DNA of 60,722 nt, counting the filler, from Sphacelaria rigidula (taxonomy: Eukaryota): assembly GCA_964200075.2 (NCBI GenBank). It is 6 parts of 6 records of this genome, joined end to end, with 100 filler letters (N's around TTAATTAATTAA, not from the genome) between each part and the next. Parts side by side here need not be neighbours in the genome. Positions count along the whole stretch, not along the records: positions 20,276 to 30,312 come from CAXNAA020007273.1; positions 30,413 to 40,449 come from CAXNAA020007274.1; 4 more parts are not named here. The stretch is one strand, 5' to 3'. Both the position numbers and the translations under genes were made by a program. Positions 22,853 through 37,592 of this stretch are shown here, in pieces. Under the pieces are notes generated by a model. It did not search any database and was not told where the DNA came from. It worked only from the letters and a program-made list of their open reading frames with translations. The first letter of the stretch is position 1; every line of letters starts with the position of its first letter.

Positions 22853-25800
22853 AAATAAAGGAATAAATTGGCAGGGTACTGTCGACAGTCGATCGACATG
22901 TAGTTCCGCGCACTCCGCACATGCATGAGGTCTACCACCTTTTCAATTAGGCGCAGACGACAGGGAAAAAAATACGTCGAAGGCACACAACAACCGTATG
23001 TGTGTGTATTGGTGGACAAAGTGTAGCAGCAAAGAGACGAAGAAAACGAAAGTTGTCACAATCAACAGACATACAGTGACTGTCATCAGTGCAACAGCGC
23101 ATTAGCCAAACCTGCATGCCATGAAGGGATATACGTGGGGGACGCAGCGAACCGCAACGTCCAACCGCTCAGATCTGTCTTGAGAACATGTTGAGGTTGA
23201 GATACAAAAATACCTACCGGATGCCGTGTTGCCAGAGGCAATACCAGCGCAACTGGCGATACTTATTACAGTACCACGTAGTTCGCTGAAAATAGCCGAG
23301 TCGGGGGTCAATGACGTATCCTCGTGAAGGTAAACAGTCAATAAATGTACAAGGACAACCGTAATACAAGTATGTAGTGCAGTACAACAGCAGCGTACAA
23401 AGCACCAGACAGCAAAATGCTGTGTGGCACAGTACAGTACATATGATCTTCGCGCGGCACACCGGGGTGGCCGGCAGTGCAGTACGATGTCAATTTGGTC
23501 GTATCACATGAAGAAAACCCGACGCAACGTTATACCCGCGTCGTGTTCATATCTACAATACAATATAGATGACTTCGTTCGTTCAGATAGTGCACAGTAC
23601 CAACGTATGCTACAGCACGGTACCTCACCGTCCGCAACATATTGCCCGCCGAGACCATTTGGAACTCAGACGGTACTGTACTGTGGTCAGTACTTCAATT
23701 CGGAACAGTATTTCAACGCGAAAGGTATGCGGCCTTCTGGACGATCAAGTATGTTCTGTAGTGCTTGTTGGTGGGGCGGCAATCAAACTTCAGTGTGCCC
23801 TGGTGCCGTGTAAAAGTGAAAATAGTACAGAGTCGAGAGCTTGTGCACAAGTAACACGAGCCTCGCGCCTTGCCGTGTTCAATCATGCTCGTTTACATGC
23901 AACATCTTTAGTCCGAGTCCATCATGTCGCATCGATATAATTCGGTGCGCACGGTGGATCAACGTTCCGTGTTTGGAGAAGAGGACTCGCATGCACAGCG
24001 GGCGGCGATTGAAATAGCCCGCGAACTCCCTACCTGCAAGCCTGAGTCGGCGTGTGTTGGGACACATGTCGGTCGATTCGGTTGATACAGAATCGACGGA
24101 TTGTGAGCAGGGGTTCTTGCGGGGGCAGGTGGTCGGGGGGGGCGTTGAAAAAGCTACAGGTCCGTGAGGGGTGTATCTAAACAAGGAACGTGTGAGTGGC
24201 TTCATTATCCGAGAACCGCCCGTGGGTAAAAACGGACACAGCATACCTGATCGAGTGTGCATGAAAACGCTATGCGTTCTCTGTGCAGTGTATAACGTTT
24301 CCAGAGAGAGCGCATCCGCCACAGGGGTTGGCTTGTACCGTCGATATGACCTGCAGGTTGGGGGAATATGTTTGTGCAGCAAAAGAGGGCTTGCGTGTGC
24401 GTGCATACCTGAAGCACCTCATGGTTCGGTCGCCACTGCCTGGAACCAACGTGGGTACTGAATGACACATCGAGCACCTGCAGCTAACTCCAGTCGGGAT
24501 GTGTGTTAAACTCCGAGTAAAAGAGAGACAGCTATCTAAGAAGCTGTCTAACTAGCTTGGTGTATTACACCGCTAAATCGTGCACACAAATATCAAGTGA
24601 AACCAAAGGCCGAAAATACAAGGTTTTGGAGAGAAACCTGTGAGCTGGTGTTTGGCTGTGTGTAAACAGCGGTCGACCGAAAGAGAAAAACGTACAGCTT
24701 GAATGAAACAAGCTACCTCTGAAGCCCCATGTGTGGTAGTATCGGCAAGTACCACAAGCAGTAAAACCGTATACGCCGAACGCAAGCAAGCCACACCCTT
24801 GTGGGGTGTCTGCCAGCGGTCCTGGGTTGACTTGTTACACTCAAACTGTAGGTTTCCCTCATACAAAAGGCACTCGTCAACAGCAGACAGCTGTTATTAA
24901 AAGTAAGCACTGACCTCTTTCTGAAAAGGAAACACCAGTAGACATCAAGGGGTTATGTTACTTGTGGCCCACTCGTGTTATAGCTCGTCACAGCTTGCCG
25001 GCAGAAGGGGAGACGTCGCGCAGAACAGATGAAAAGCTGATGATCCTTCTTGTGATTAGTTCTACGGTAGGCCTTTCTCTGACAGGTGAAACGCAAGTGA
25101 GCATCATAGGCGATACGGCACACGATTACCCTCAAAACCTCCTAGCTACGCATACAATCTTGTCATATAGATACCACTCAGCGTGGCGCACTATACCTTA
25201 GACCAATCAAAGCTGTAGTAGCAAAAGGTACACGCGGCTAATCGGGTACAATCCTGTATCTACCTTCAAGCCGCTGTGTCAACAATAAAAGAACCCAAAT
25301 CCTGCCTCATACAAACACACATTCGACTAGAACCTTTCCATACCCGCTGGTCGTTTCTAGGGACCATCTGCATATCCACGAGGAACTAGTTTTGATTGAG
25401 GCACTCAGTCATTTACCTTCACACTGAATCTCACGAATACAGTGTTTCTTCCACCATAAAAATGCTTGCGGTCGGCCTATTCTGTTTCAACGTTTTCCTC
25501 TTCGTCAGGGTTTCTCATAATAATAAGGCGTTTGGCCAGGGGACAGGAGGGGAGGTTTCCAAAAGGGTTGATCGGAAAGCACGCCAGACCTGTCGTTCGA
25601 ATTAAAAGCCTACTCTCAATCGTATCTTCAACTCTCAATCTCACGAAAACATTGTGAGATTCGGAAAGGTATCGATCGATATATTCGGTCGGCGGAAATA
25701 GTAGGGCCACAATCGACAGCTGCCCGGGCAAAAGTTCGGGAAAGGGGTCAATCGATAGACATTGTCGACGACAGTAAAAAGAGAAACCCGTCAATATATA

Positions 25801-26001
25801 GCTATTACAGACGATGATGATGGTATCTACTACGGTAAACTATATTGCTTTAGATACCCTGTGCCCGCCTGTGCCCAGGACACTTCCAATTTTATTTGTT
25901 GCGGTGTTTGTGACATTGCGGTCTTCGACGGTGAAACCGGAGTGGTCTCGGCTGGGCCCTTCTAACCTACAATGAAAGTCTGTCGCACGCACCTGGGGTA
26001 T

Positions 26002-26883
26002 AACACGGGATCTTACAAATTGGGGATGGATCTTTTACTGGGGATGAGAAACCCGGACGATTAAAATCTTCGTATCCACACCAAATCTTCGAAATGTGTT
26101 TCCACTTTTACATCTCCTGATAGCTATTGAAAACTGCTACACGCCATGTAAATTTGGATTTCGATTACCGAAACGTTGGGGTCCTGGGGGAAAAACCAAT
26201 TTCGGAACCATTTTGGCGTCCGCTCGGACACCCGAAATTCCCCACAAAACGGTTTTTCACCTAGGACCCCAGTATTTCGATCATCGAGATCCAGATTTGT
26301 ATGATGTGCAGTAGTTAACAAAAGCTATCAGTAGGTGAAGAAACGGAACCATATTTCGAAGATTCGGTGTGGAAACGAAGATTTTCATTCTCCGGGTTTC
26401 TCACCCCCAATGAATGATCCATCCCCAATTTGTGACATCCCGTACGGGATCTTACCAATTGGGGATGGATCATTTATTGGGGATGGAAACCCGGAGGATC
26501 AAAATCTTCGTATCCAAATCAAATATTCGAAATATGGTTCCACTTTTTCACCTGCTGATAGCTATTGACAACTGCTACACGCCATAAATTTTTGGATTTC
26601 GAACACCGAAATGTTGGGGTCCTAGGTGAAAAAACAATTTTGTGGAATTCCGGGTGTCAGAGCGGACCCCAAAATGGTTCCGAAATGGTTTTTTCATCTA
26701 GGACCCCAACATTTCGGTGATCGAAATCCAAATACTTACGGCGTGTAGCAGTTGTCAATAGCTATCAGTAGGTGAAGAAATGGAACCATATTTCGAATAT
26801 TTGGTGCGGATACGAAGATTTTAATCCCCCGGGTTTCTCATCCCCAATAAGTGAACCATCCCCAATTTGTAAGATTCCGTGTT
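26002..26883. mobile_element. Two ~440-bp foldback (fully palindromic) MITE units fused in inverted orientation
   Basis: Each unit starts (A)CACGGGATCTTACAAATTGGGGATGG and ends in its reverse complement. Junction TCCCGT|ACGGGA at 26443/26444. Third copy starts at ~60556. Confidence 0.85.
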
Positions 26884-27084
26884 CCGTGTTGTATGGTGAT
26901 GTGTCGTAGCACCGAAGCATAAAGTTGTGTTGAAGCATAAATCGTGTTCGTGTTATGGCTGTCGCCCTACATTCGCAAGGGCCCGCAGCAAGCCGACGCT
27001 GAGACGCGAGCCGTTTACCGGCAAGTTCCCGCTAGGTCGTCCAGCACTAGTCCTAGCCACTACCATGCCTGTTTTCAAGTACAC

Positions 27085-27340
27085 GTGACTCATGCCGAGA
27101 TAGCCCCCCCCCACAAAGTGCACGGGAGACGGTGCGACAAAACGGCTGTGATCCCACTGTTGGGCTCGTTTGTAACAACTTCGCCTATGTGAGAGGCGTG
27201 GAGAAGTTCGAAATGAGCTATTACGCCCAAATAAGTCGCGTCGTGCAGCACGAAACCAGCTTTAACGGCATTTATGATCATCGCCTTCGTGCACTTTTTT
27301 GGCCGGTTCGGGGGGGGGGGGCTATCTCGGCAGCAGTTAC
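27085..27340. mobile_element. MITE-like element with TIR GCCGAGATAGCCCCCC; partial copy at ~11527-11625
   Basis: GCCGAGATAGCCCCCCC...GGGGGGGCTATCTCGGC. The right half is homologous (inverted) to 11527-11625. Confidence 0.65.
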
Positions 27341-30078
27341 GTACACGGCTTGCTTCCAAGTATGCCATAGACTTAAAGTTGAAAACTGCCGTTTCTCGGG
27401 CAGACAAGAGATGGCGTCCAGCGTCAAGTGGCTGCACGCTGGGTCGAGGGGCCCCATATCGGGAACTGACGGCACCACCACCCCCCAGGTTGCCTAAACC
27501 TCATTCTGGGGCCGTAGGGGAGGAGGGGGGGACCCCTGGGTACCCTATTTGAGGAGAGGGGGTACCTCGCTGATCGATGACTAATGGCGATAGTAGTTGC
27601 TGCGTGCGTGTTCATCGGTATTCTAGAGCACATATCTTGTTACAACCAGACGGTATAGTGGGGTAGTTCTCAGAATAAGGTATCGCAACTGGCTTATCGG
27701 AAGGCGATATGTCTCGTGGTGTCGAACAAGCATCCAGTTGAGTCATTTCATGCGCATGCCAGTACATGATGACTAATATATACCATGTTGACTATGCCAG
27801 AACATGCCGCAAGTACGCCATCTGTTTGTGTACTGAAAATTCTTTATTATACTATCGTGACGACCATATTTCGATTATGGTTCAAGGATCCGTATTGGAT
27901 TGTCTCACCGTGTTCAGCAACCAACCGGCGAAAGCATAGCAAGAGGAAATACGTCCAACGCAGTACAGTTCACATTGAACGGCAAAGACCTTGATCACAG
28001 CTCCAGAAGCGATTCAGTTTCTCTTTCGTGGTGGTGGTTTCGATAGCCTCATCAATAGATTCACATATCGTCCCGTGCTCATAAAGAGAGTAAAAAACCA
28101 AGGGTTGCACCGGGTAATGAAACCACGGCGCGCACGGAGGCGTATCTGTAACCGTTACAACGGACACCACTCCCCCTGTCATAATGATGGGATAGCTAAT
28201 GCACTGGCTGAGGTCTCTCAGTACGAGTACCAGGAGATGTCTTGGTTCAGCTGATCAAGCTCTCACGTGGGCACACCGTACAACCTATAGCTATCCATCA
28301 TGAAAAACCACATTGTAGGTTCAGTCATGTATGCTGCTGATCGGGAACTCACGTCTTTCATGGCGTCACGGTATATCTACAAGGAGCTCTCTTACTCAGT
28401 ACAGCCGCGGCGCAGCCGTAGCTGCAAAGCGTAGTGATGGCCCAGAGTAGAGACCAAGGCAAGCCAGTAACTGATCGAGGTGGGTCAACGACATGTGGCG
28501 ACGCGGGAACAATCCTAACTAATGACAATAGCAAACGCGAAAACAACGCGTCACGGAACTCAGGGTCTACGAGCAGACCCGCACAGTTTATATCTTGCAA
28601 CGCCTCCGAGCTTCATCACACTAGCCCATACTAGACGAATCCTTATGGATTCGAATCATCATCACCTCGGCAAAACGTAATTTCGCCGAGGAACTTGAAA
28701 ATTCAACGAGAAAGGGCTCTTGTACGCTACACTCGTACAAAAGTATGAAGCGAAGAAAAAATGATTAGATAGTCTCCCACACTTCTCATAGGCAAGCATC
28801 GCTGCGATCCGACACATCATCAAACAAACGTTCAATCCACAAAGAGGAAAACGTTGTATCTACGTGACACTCACGCACCTACGTTAAACAAGACAACACG
28901 CACGCAAGTACATCACGAAGGAAAGCACTGAATGGTACGCACGCGTAGACTTCATTTACCAAAGGAACAAGGAGGGAATGCCAGACAATCCGGGGAGAGG
29001 GGAGGGAAAACGCAGTTGCGGCATAGCATCGCGGCAACTGCTCTGATCGGACGCAGATCCAAGTGAGCTTCACGCCTTTGTCCGACTCCGTCCCAACACA
29101 TCCGTCGCGTATAGCGAGAGTGGCACCCCGCTCGTTTCCGTGGCAGGGCGTTTGAAGTATCAAACCTGCCTTGAAGAAGGCGTGCAGCGTAAAGTACAAT
29201 GCGATGGGGGGGGACTACGCAGCAACAGGGAGATAAAAGCGGGGATGCAGCCAAGTTCAGGTTTGGTGTGCCCGAAGTGCGAAATTCAAAACCTTTACGG
29301 GGGTGGGCACGAGCCCATCCAAGATGACACTCAGCGTAGGAAGCCAAAGCTCGTTGATGAGAACTTTTCGTTCAGCCCGGCGGATCAACTATCGCGTGTT
29401 ATGAGCAAAAGCTTGGTGTCAATTTAAAAAAACAATTCGTCGGGACGCAATACCCAACTCAAAGCAATCGTCCGGCGGAGATACGGCCTACAACAAGGGC
29501 GGTATGATTGGTCATTCCCGGGGGAACACTGGATCACGAGCAACGGAACGACACACGAGAACACACCCGTGTCGCCAGCTGACCAGGCTGCGCCACGGGA
29601 TAGGGGTAGAACAAACAAACGAACACATCCAGATGAAATGTCGAAATGCAGTAACTCACTTCAACCTGAAACACGGCCTACAACAAGGATGGTATCATAA
29701 GCAGTACACGGTGTAACCAAGGACCCGTGCAACAAGACGATGTAAGGGGATACTCACGTGCGGCGAGCTCTCTTGGCTGGCGGCAGGGGGTTGAGCACTG
29801 GCGACAACAAACACATCCAGAGAACAAGTCATCAAAACTCCAAACATGCGGGAGGCTGGACAAAATCTACAGTCCTCTCCTCGCGTAAAGAAACCTCGAA
29901 GACAAAAAAACAAAAACACTAGATGCTAAGGGGACACGGGAAGAGATGCGGCAGCGACAAAAAATGTGACAACGGTTACTAGAAACGGAGTCACCAAGAA
30001 GGTGAACTCAGCACAAAGAAACACGGTACCAAAACCTGTGGGGGGCTACAATGCAGCAAAGGGGGAGGGGGGGGGGCT

Positions 30079-30310
30079 ACGATCTGATATCTGACCAGAT
30101 CGGATTGGGGGATTCAAATCCGCCAGGGTGAGGGGGACCTCGATCTGATATCTGACCAGATCGGATTAGGGTTCTGAAACCCGCCGAGGGTGAGCTCATC
30201 GCTCGCCGCATCGCCGAGGAATGCGGACAGTGTGTCGTAGCAACTCAAGTATAGGCCTACGGTACAATAGATGTTCGGGGGACACGATCTGACATCTGAC
30301 CAGATCGGTG
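30079..30310. repeat. Three copies of a ~26-bp hairpin motif CGATCTGATATCTGACCAGATCGG
   Basis: Copies at ~30080, ~30142 and ~30285. Confidence 0.8.
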
Positions 30311-30312
30311 GG

Positions 30313-30412
30313 NNNNNNNNNNNNNNNNNNNNNNNNNNNNNNNNNNNNNNNNNNNNTTAATTAATTAANNNNNNNNNNNNNNNNNNNNNNNNNNNNNNNN
30401 NNNNNNNNNNNN
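30313..30412. other. Artificial scaffold linker
   Basis: N44-TTAATTAATTAA-N44. Confidence 0.98.
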
Positions 30413-30469
30413 AAAAAAAGAACAAAAAAAAACACACCCAACACCACACCCAACAAAATCTTTTTTCTT

Positions 30470-30501
<32 letters not shown>

Positions 30502-31097
30502 CCTCTCCGACGCGAGCCTCGTCCGGCGAAAACCCGGCGTGCTCCGTCCCGGCTTTGTAGGGGTGCGAGGTCAATCGTCCAATGAATATGGCATGTATGA
30601 TCATGAATACACCCTCCCTACCACCACCAACTAATTGGATTGTGTTTCAAGAGAGGAGAACTAAAGACGGATCTCACGGAAAATTTTGAACCAAGAGCGA
30701 AATACAGATGGGAGACAACAGAGGGGTGGCGACTCAGACACTCACGACACGGGGACAGATAGGCCTATCCAAGAGAACCAACCCACAAAACGATTACTGG
30801 ACAAGGACGAAGGACAAAGGATAAAGGCCGGAAAATAGCAAACAACGAGGCCAGCCATGTAACTTCCCTCGGGGACAAACAACAAAACATTTCAAAAGTA
30901 TTAAACAAAACAAGGAAAAAGATTAAAACATGAGACTGCGACAAAAATCTTGAAACATTTATTACAAAATAAAAAATGGGAAAATATGCAACTGAACAAA
31001 GAAAGAGCGGGGTGATGAAAGAAGCTCGGCTACCCAACACAAGAACAGTGTCATTTCCCCCTGTTCTCTCTATTCCCTACAAGTAATCTCTGCTTAC

Positions 31098-33394
31098 CTT
31101 GTCCTCTTATTCCGCTTCTTGCCCTTTCTCCAATTGCCCTTCTCAGCCAGCTTCTCTGCCTCAGATTTCGGTCCTTTCCCCCTGGAATCAAAAACCGACA
31201 AAACATTGACAAAATAAAGAGCGCAAAACATAAGCAGGGGCAAGAAAAACATAAAGCACGCGTGATTATTTTTGGTCGCTCTGTGCAAAGTGCAGTATGC
31301 CCCAGACATGTTGTGTACTTTCAACCATAGCCCCATCCCTCCTATTCAGACCCGCTGTGGACAGATGAAAGATTCCCGGGCAACAATGCAAAAACTCCAT
31401 CACACCTCTGGTGGAGAGAGAGGAACTGGGGGGGGGGGCGTCACTGCAGTGGTGCGCGCAATAATTTTCTGATTTCTGGAGAATAACTGACGAGGAGAAA
31501 AAAACTTTTGGAAAGGGCAAAAGAGCGACTTCAAGGTCACAGCGCAGGCATTCCTATCCCTGAAAGGTCAGGAAACGTCAGAGGACGGAGCATGCAGGTA
31601 TTGCTTGCAGACTTCGGACATGCCAAGTAGGGTATCAACACACGATATGAAACCAAAACCAAAACACAGACGTCTCAAACTTACTGCTCGAACGGCATAA
31701 TCAAATATCGAGCAAGTTTACCGTGCACTAGACTGGTTGGTGATTGCAGGTACGCATGAAAGTAGGACGGAGGTGTCGAAAAACTAGATCGATCCCTTGT
31801 TCGCTCACTTACTGAAAACACAAATATCTTATTTTCGATTTCAATAAAAGGCCCTATCCATCTGTCTGATCTGTCTGTGTCTGTCTGTCTATCTCGTTAG
31901 CTGTCTGTCTTCGCTCCGGCCGAGTGAACGACACCAAAGTTCATGTGGAAAAAATTACCAGCCAAGACAGGCTAGTGGGTGGTGGTGCACACTGCAGTCG
32001 CGAGAGCCGTCACTTCCGCTTCATCTGACCGTGCTGTGCATGGAGGTAGGTGGTGTGTCTATCGCTGGCACAGGAGCTGGACTGATCGCACCCGCGGTGC
32101 ACACATACACCACAGGGGGGCGTGGGGTCAAGTGAGAGCATCAAGGCCGATCGTCTCGAAACCGAAACGCATTTACTTGACTTGAACAACAGGCCGGAAA
32201 ATGATCGAGACGCGCGGGGACTCGAGCCCCACATCACCGATCGACACCTCTGCAACACCTAGTTCAAGAGCGATAGGATTACTGGGAAAACGCTAGTGTA
32301 TTTTCGGCCGACGAAAATAACGGGCTTGCATCTCGTGCACACGTTTTGAATTTCATACATTGTTTACAGATACTTTCTCCAGGAGAATTTGTTGGGCAAA
32401 ACCCAGGGAATGTACTTTACCGCCGGTCGGTCATTCCCGGTCGGTTCTCAGACCCGCAGTTATTACCAAACGCGTACATGCCATTTTCCCACCGTGAAGG
32501 TAACGCTGCGCCAGGCTTGGGGTTATCACGGTAACTAATGATTTTTTACCGAGATCGTGAGTAACCGGTAAGTTATCGGTGCGTTTTGTGATATCGTAGT
32601 ATCCACCTCTGCTGGCGAGATCAAGTCCCGAATGTTCCGTCCTGTCACAGATCGAGCTCAAAATAATAACTTTGCCGTAGCCGCGGGTACATCCCCCGAG
32701 GAATCAGTTAATGTGCGAGAAATCAATGAATCAACCAACCAACCAACCAATCAAGGAAGCAATGAATCAACCAATGAATCAGCCAATCACTCAACCAACC
32801 AAGGCACGCGGAAATGGCTAGCTCTAGACTTCTCTCTCACGAAAAGCAAGTCAGATGGAAACCTTGGTTGCCACTGTTCTTAACGTGAGAGTTTGTTGTG
32901 AAAAATCGGGGGCGTACTCATTTCTTGCTTGCCTTAGTCGTTTGGCCATTGACCATGCATCCCTTTCGAGACGGAGCGAAAAATCGGGGGTGGGGGGAAG
33001 AGGTGGGGGGAAGCATATTCGAAATACCTACTGGGTGAAAACAGTGTGCTGAAGAGTCAGCGCTGACGGGTAGCTCAGTGATTACCGTCACATCTAACGC
33101 TATCATCTGTGGGAAGGATGAAAACAGCCGCAAGCGCCCGTCGAGGGCTGACGACAGTTGAAAAAAAAAAAAAATGCTTGTTATTAGAAGGTCCGAGGTC
33201 ATCACAGTACGCTTAAATAGGGACCCTCCGACCACGCAAGTCCGTTCAAATAAGTGCGTTTGTATACACAGTGTACGCTTACGATTACTTCAAAATGCGC
33301 CTCCCTAATAAGTAATGAGACTGCTAATAATCGGCTTTTTTCGGGGATTTATTTTTCCTTCCAAGTGCGTTGACGCCGCCGCTTGAACAGACTT

Positions 33395-33443
<49 letters not shown>

Positions 33444-34553
33444 GATTGGACAATTTGGCTTCATCTCTCAAACGGTGACCCTTTGACTACCAGGACCCGT
33501 ATATCGTGGTCGTGGTACGCTTAACTGAGAGGCTTTTCAATCTTCTCGTCTCTCGTCTCTCGTCTCCCTCTAGATATATATGTGTGTGTGTTTCGGCGTG
33601 GACGTCGGTCGGGATGAAATTGTGGGCGAACGGACACAACGCCCACATATGAAAAAGCGGACATTTCCACGCGTACGTATGCACAACATCACGGTACTTT
33701 TTCGTGTATAAGCCACGATCAGCAGCGCATGAACGTCACGGTAACGGCAATTGTGCCAGCAGTACGTACATGTCATCATGCATGCACAAATATTTCAGCA
33801 CACACACAGAGAGACAAACACACACAGGGGCATGGCGCACTCCCGAATGAGGGGAACAAAAAAACCCGCCTCCCTCAACCCACGGTAATAAATAGAAGTC
33901 CTACCGTGAGGCTATGACTATCGTTTTTAGCTGTGTGCAACGCGTGTACACCGTCACCCCGCGTTCATTTTGCGCTTATTCATGTACGCCTACAGAAAGC
34001 CAATCTCCAAAACCTCGCGGATCTTGCCAGCGGACCAAAACCCCGAGGGGGAAATGAGCATGAGCATTCAAAGACGCAAAAGTGGGTCACCGACTTCGTG
34101 CGTGTGATCAAGCAGCAGAAACGTTTACCTTCCTTTCCCGGCTGCTTCGAGCCCACGCTGGGCTTCCATCTCCTCCAGGGTCATCCCGCGTCGGTCAGCT
34201 TCGATCTCTCGATTCACCTAGTCGAAGGTGCAACAATTCACGAAATACGTATATATATATATATATATATGATTAGAGGATGACTCCAGCACATACAAAC
34301 ACATTTGCGAGCACAATTTTTGCTGGTTTAATGACCGGTATGAGAGGTGTTGATCTCCTGACTCATAACGGTAAGGACAAAACACTTTACGAATATGGCC
34401 ATGTGTATTCTACATTGGAAAATGACTCCAGCACACAGATGCGTTCCCGAACACAAGCTTTCGTAAAACGAATGACCAATAAGAACGACTGTCATCTCCT
34501 GGTCCACCTTTTAAAACACAACGCATTTCACTTTCTTTCTATCTGATACTTTT

Positions 34554-34620
<67 letters not shown>

Positions 34621-35891
34621 CCCCTCCTCTCTGATAGCACACAACGCTCCCTTCCTTTGCCCTCCCCNNNNNNNNNNCACAACGCATTTCACTTTCTTTC
34701 TATCTGATACTTTTACCCCCCGCCCCCCTCCCCCCGCCCTCCATAGCCCCCATCCACCGGCCCGTCTTCGACACGAGTCCGTATTATCAAGGTATACACC
34801 AATCGTTCCATTTGTCCCGCAGTACTCGACACGCCTTGCACTGGATCATTTTCGAGTAATGAACAATGAACCATGACCAATCAGCACTCCCGCGACCCGT
34901 TCTTCGACCCTCACGGGACGAACAATACGATTTTCTCCCAACTCTCGTCCTGTTTTAATTTCAGACGGCCAGAACCAGGAAATATATTTTCACATATATC
35001 GGGACGCGAACCCACAAAACCGAACCGAACCGAACCAGCGTTTTTGTTTCACTTTTCACCACGGGGGACACCGTCGCATAGATAGCATATAAATCATGCA
35101 CACGCTGACCTTGAGGGTGGTGGCTTCCTTGAACCCGCCGAATCCCAATCCTGACTGTCCGGGTCGGACCTTCACTTCTAATTGCCTCGTCACACCGTCC
35201 TCGCTCTTACCCAACCTGCCCGTAAATCCCATCTTGGCCATCATCTTGGAGGCAAAGCCCTGTTGTTCACGGCAGAACAGCACAGAGAAGACGGGTATGC
35301 GAGCGGAGCAAGGCAAAACAAAACAACAAGAAAAAAAGCAAGAAGAGGAGCAGAGCAAAAGCAAAAGCAAAAGCGGAAGCGAAAGCGGAAGAGAGAAGCG
35401 AAAATCACAGTCAAGCAACGGAGGAAGGCAAGCACCGGCAAGGGGGACGGTGGAGAAGCAACGATTAAGGTTTTTAGCAGAGGGATGGACAATTTCCACA
35501 CCGTGGATAATATATGGTCAAAAGATGAAATAGACAAAATGTGTACTGGATAAAGTATAGGCCTATTGCAACTATCGACGGCCGATAATAGTTGCAATAT
35601 GTCTGTACTTTACCCAGTACACTTCTTGTCTATTGCATCTAATGACCATATATTGTCCACGGAGTGCAATTTTCCGAACACCGAGTGAGTGACAAAGCCA
35701 AAGGGTACTTCAAAAGCACGGGGGTGAATGAAACTTGCGATCAAAATCTGAAAAACATCGTGTATGTACGAACATGGAAACCCCAGACCCAAAATAATTC
35801 AATCAGAAAAGCAAAAAACAAAAAAACTTCAAATTCCTGCAACTGTTGTATTCCACGTGCAGTGATGGCATCACGTCCCGGGTTCAACAAT

Positions 35892-35925
<34 letters not shown>

Positions 35926-37559
35926 GCAGCAGCAGCAAAACGCTTCAGGTTCATCAAGGTGCTCCAGGCGAAGAGTAGGCCAACGCCGTGTCAAGTAGGG
36001 TATACACGATATTGTGACTTTTTGAGAATTGGAGATGCGAACCATGCCCACACCAGCAGCGGGCCGGCCGAAGCACCTGCGAGCATGGCGGCGCGTGTAC
36101 TGCGCCAAGTTGATCGGGGGTTTCAGTGGGAGCATCCCCTACACTGCCTTGAGCCACCGCTCGAGGCGCCTTCCCCACATCACTGCCGCGAGGTGGTCTA
36201 GCCGAGCCTTCGGGTACTCGACACACGAACTCGCTTGCGAAACTCGCTTGCGGGGTAAGTGTTGGGTTAGCTTCCCTCCTTCCGTCGAGGAAAAAATCAA
36301 AAGCAGCAACACCGGGCCCAGTGCTTTTGTCCCCCTCTCTGAAGCTCATACAAGTCAATGTGACTGGCTTAGGCAGGTGGTGTGCCACTTTTCAAAATAC
36401 CACAATATCGGGTATATCCTATCCGACACGCGCTTGGATGAGTTCATCGCGTCCGGGGGCAACGCTGAGGAAGAAACTATCGATGCCGATCAAGGGGGAC
36501 GATAATGTGACAGGCGTGTGTGCACCACAGACACCAATTCAAGGGATGAGTCGCTGTCAAGACGTGCTTGCCGAGCCCCCAACGAAAAATTCTGGAACCT
36601 GCGCGCACTCCTCACATCTCCACACCCTGGACAACAGATTCCATCGTCAAAAAAAAGTACTGCGCACAGTATGAAATCTATTGTCCATCACACTAGACGC
36701 AATAGTCTATACTCTTCGCTCTATCAAGACGTGCCTACCGAGCCTCCAATGACAAAACATTACAACTGCACCCACTCCTCACATCTCTCGCGACTTTTCT
36801 CTCTCGACCAAGTTCGGGCGACATCTCTCGCGCGTATTTGGAATCCCGCCAGCCAGCTAAGAACAGCAACAACAACCACACCACAAAAAAATATATAAAC
36901 ACAGAATACTCGTGCAAAAAACAAAAATGTGTACATCACGACGAAAACACTTCAATAATGACATCGCCATGAGAAGTACAACACAAAGCACAATACAACA
37001 TACAATACAAAATAAAGAATGACTACAAAAAAAACTACAAAAAAACTATTAAAAAAAACTACAAAAATCTACAAGTAAAAGACGGGGGAAAAAAAAAAGA
37101 AGGTACCTTGGTGCTCTTCTCCCAAGACGCGAAACCCGCATCGAGCTTGGCGGGCTTGGCAGTAGCACCAGCAGCCTTCTTACCGTTGACCTCTTTCCCC
37201 TCCTTCCCGCCGCCGATCCCGCCCCCCGAACCAAACGTCCCACTCACACCGCCTGCCACCCCCTTCGGACCCGCCGAACTTTGATCGGCGGCATTCTGAG
37301 CCACAACAGGTGGAGGCGGGGGCGGCGGCGGCGGAGGTGGAGGCGGAGGCGGTGTCGCTGCCGCCGCTGCACCTTGACGCAAAAACGCCGCCCTAAAATC
37401 GGCGTTGCTCATGATAGGCTCCGGGGGCGGGGATGGTTCGGCTGAAGGGGGCGCCGCTCCCGGGGCCGGGGTGTTTGGAGGGGGGTGGAAACCCAACCCC
37501 CCCCTATGTGTGGGCGGCGGGGGAGGGGGCGAGTGTGGTCGAGCCGCACTAGTGGCGGG

Positions 37560-37592
<33 letters not shown>

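Noticed and set aside
24283..24465. Copia RNase H-like fragment (GEYVCAAKEGLRVRAYLKHL)
   Set aside because: Resemblance is too weak and short to support without a profile search.
30079..30312. CRISPR-like repeat-spacer pattern
   Set aside because: Only three repeats with unequal gaps, and the first two spacers are homologous to each other.
33049..33075. Hammerhead ribozyme cores (CTGAnGA) here and at ~54156
   Set aside because: No GAAA after stem II and no closing stems I/III.
34555..34620. Long poly-C tract as a functional G-quadruplex element
   Set aside because: It is adjacent to an N gap with duplicated flanks, consistent with a sequencing/assembly artefact; its length is unreliable.
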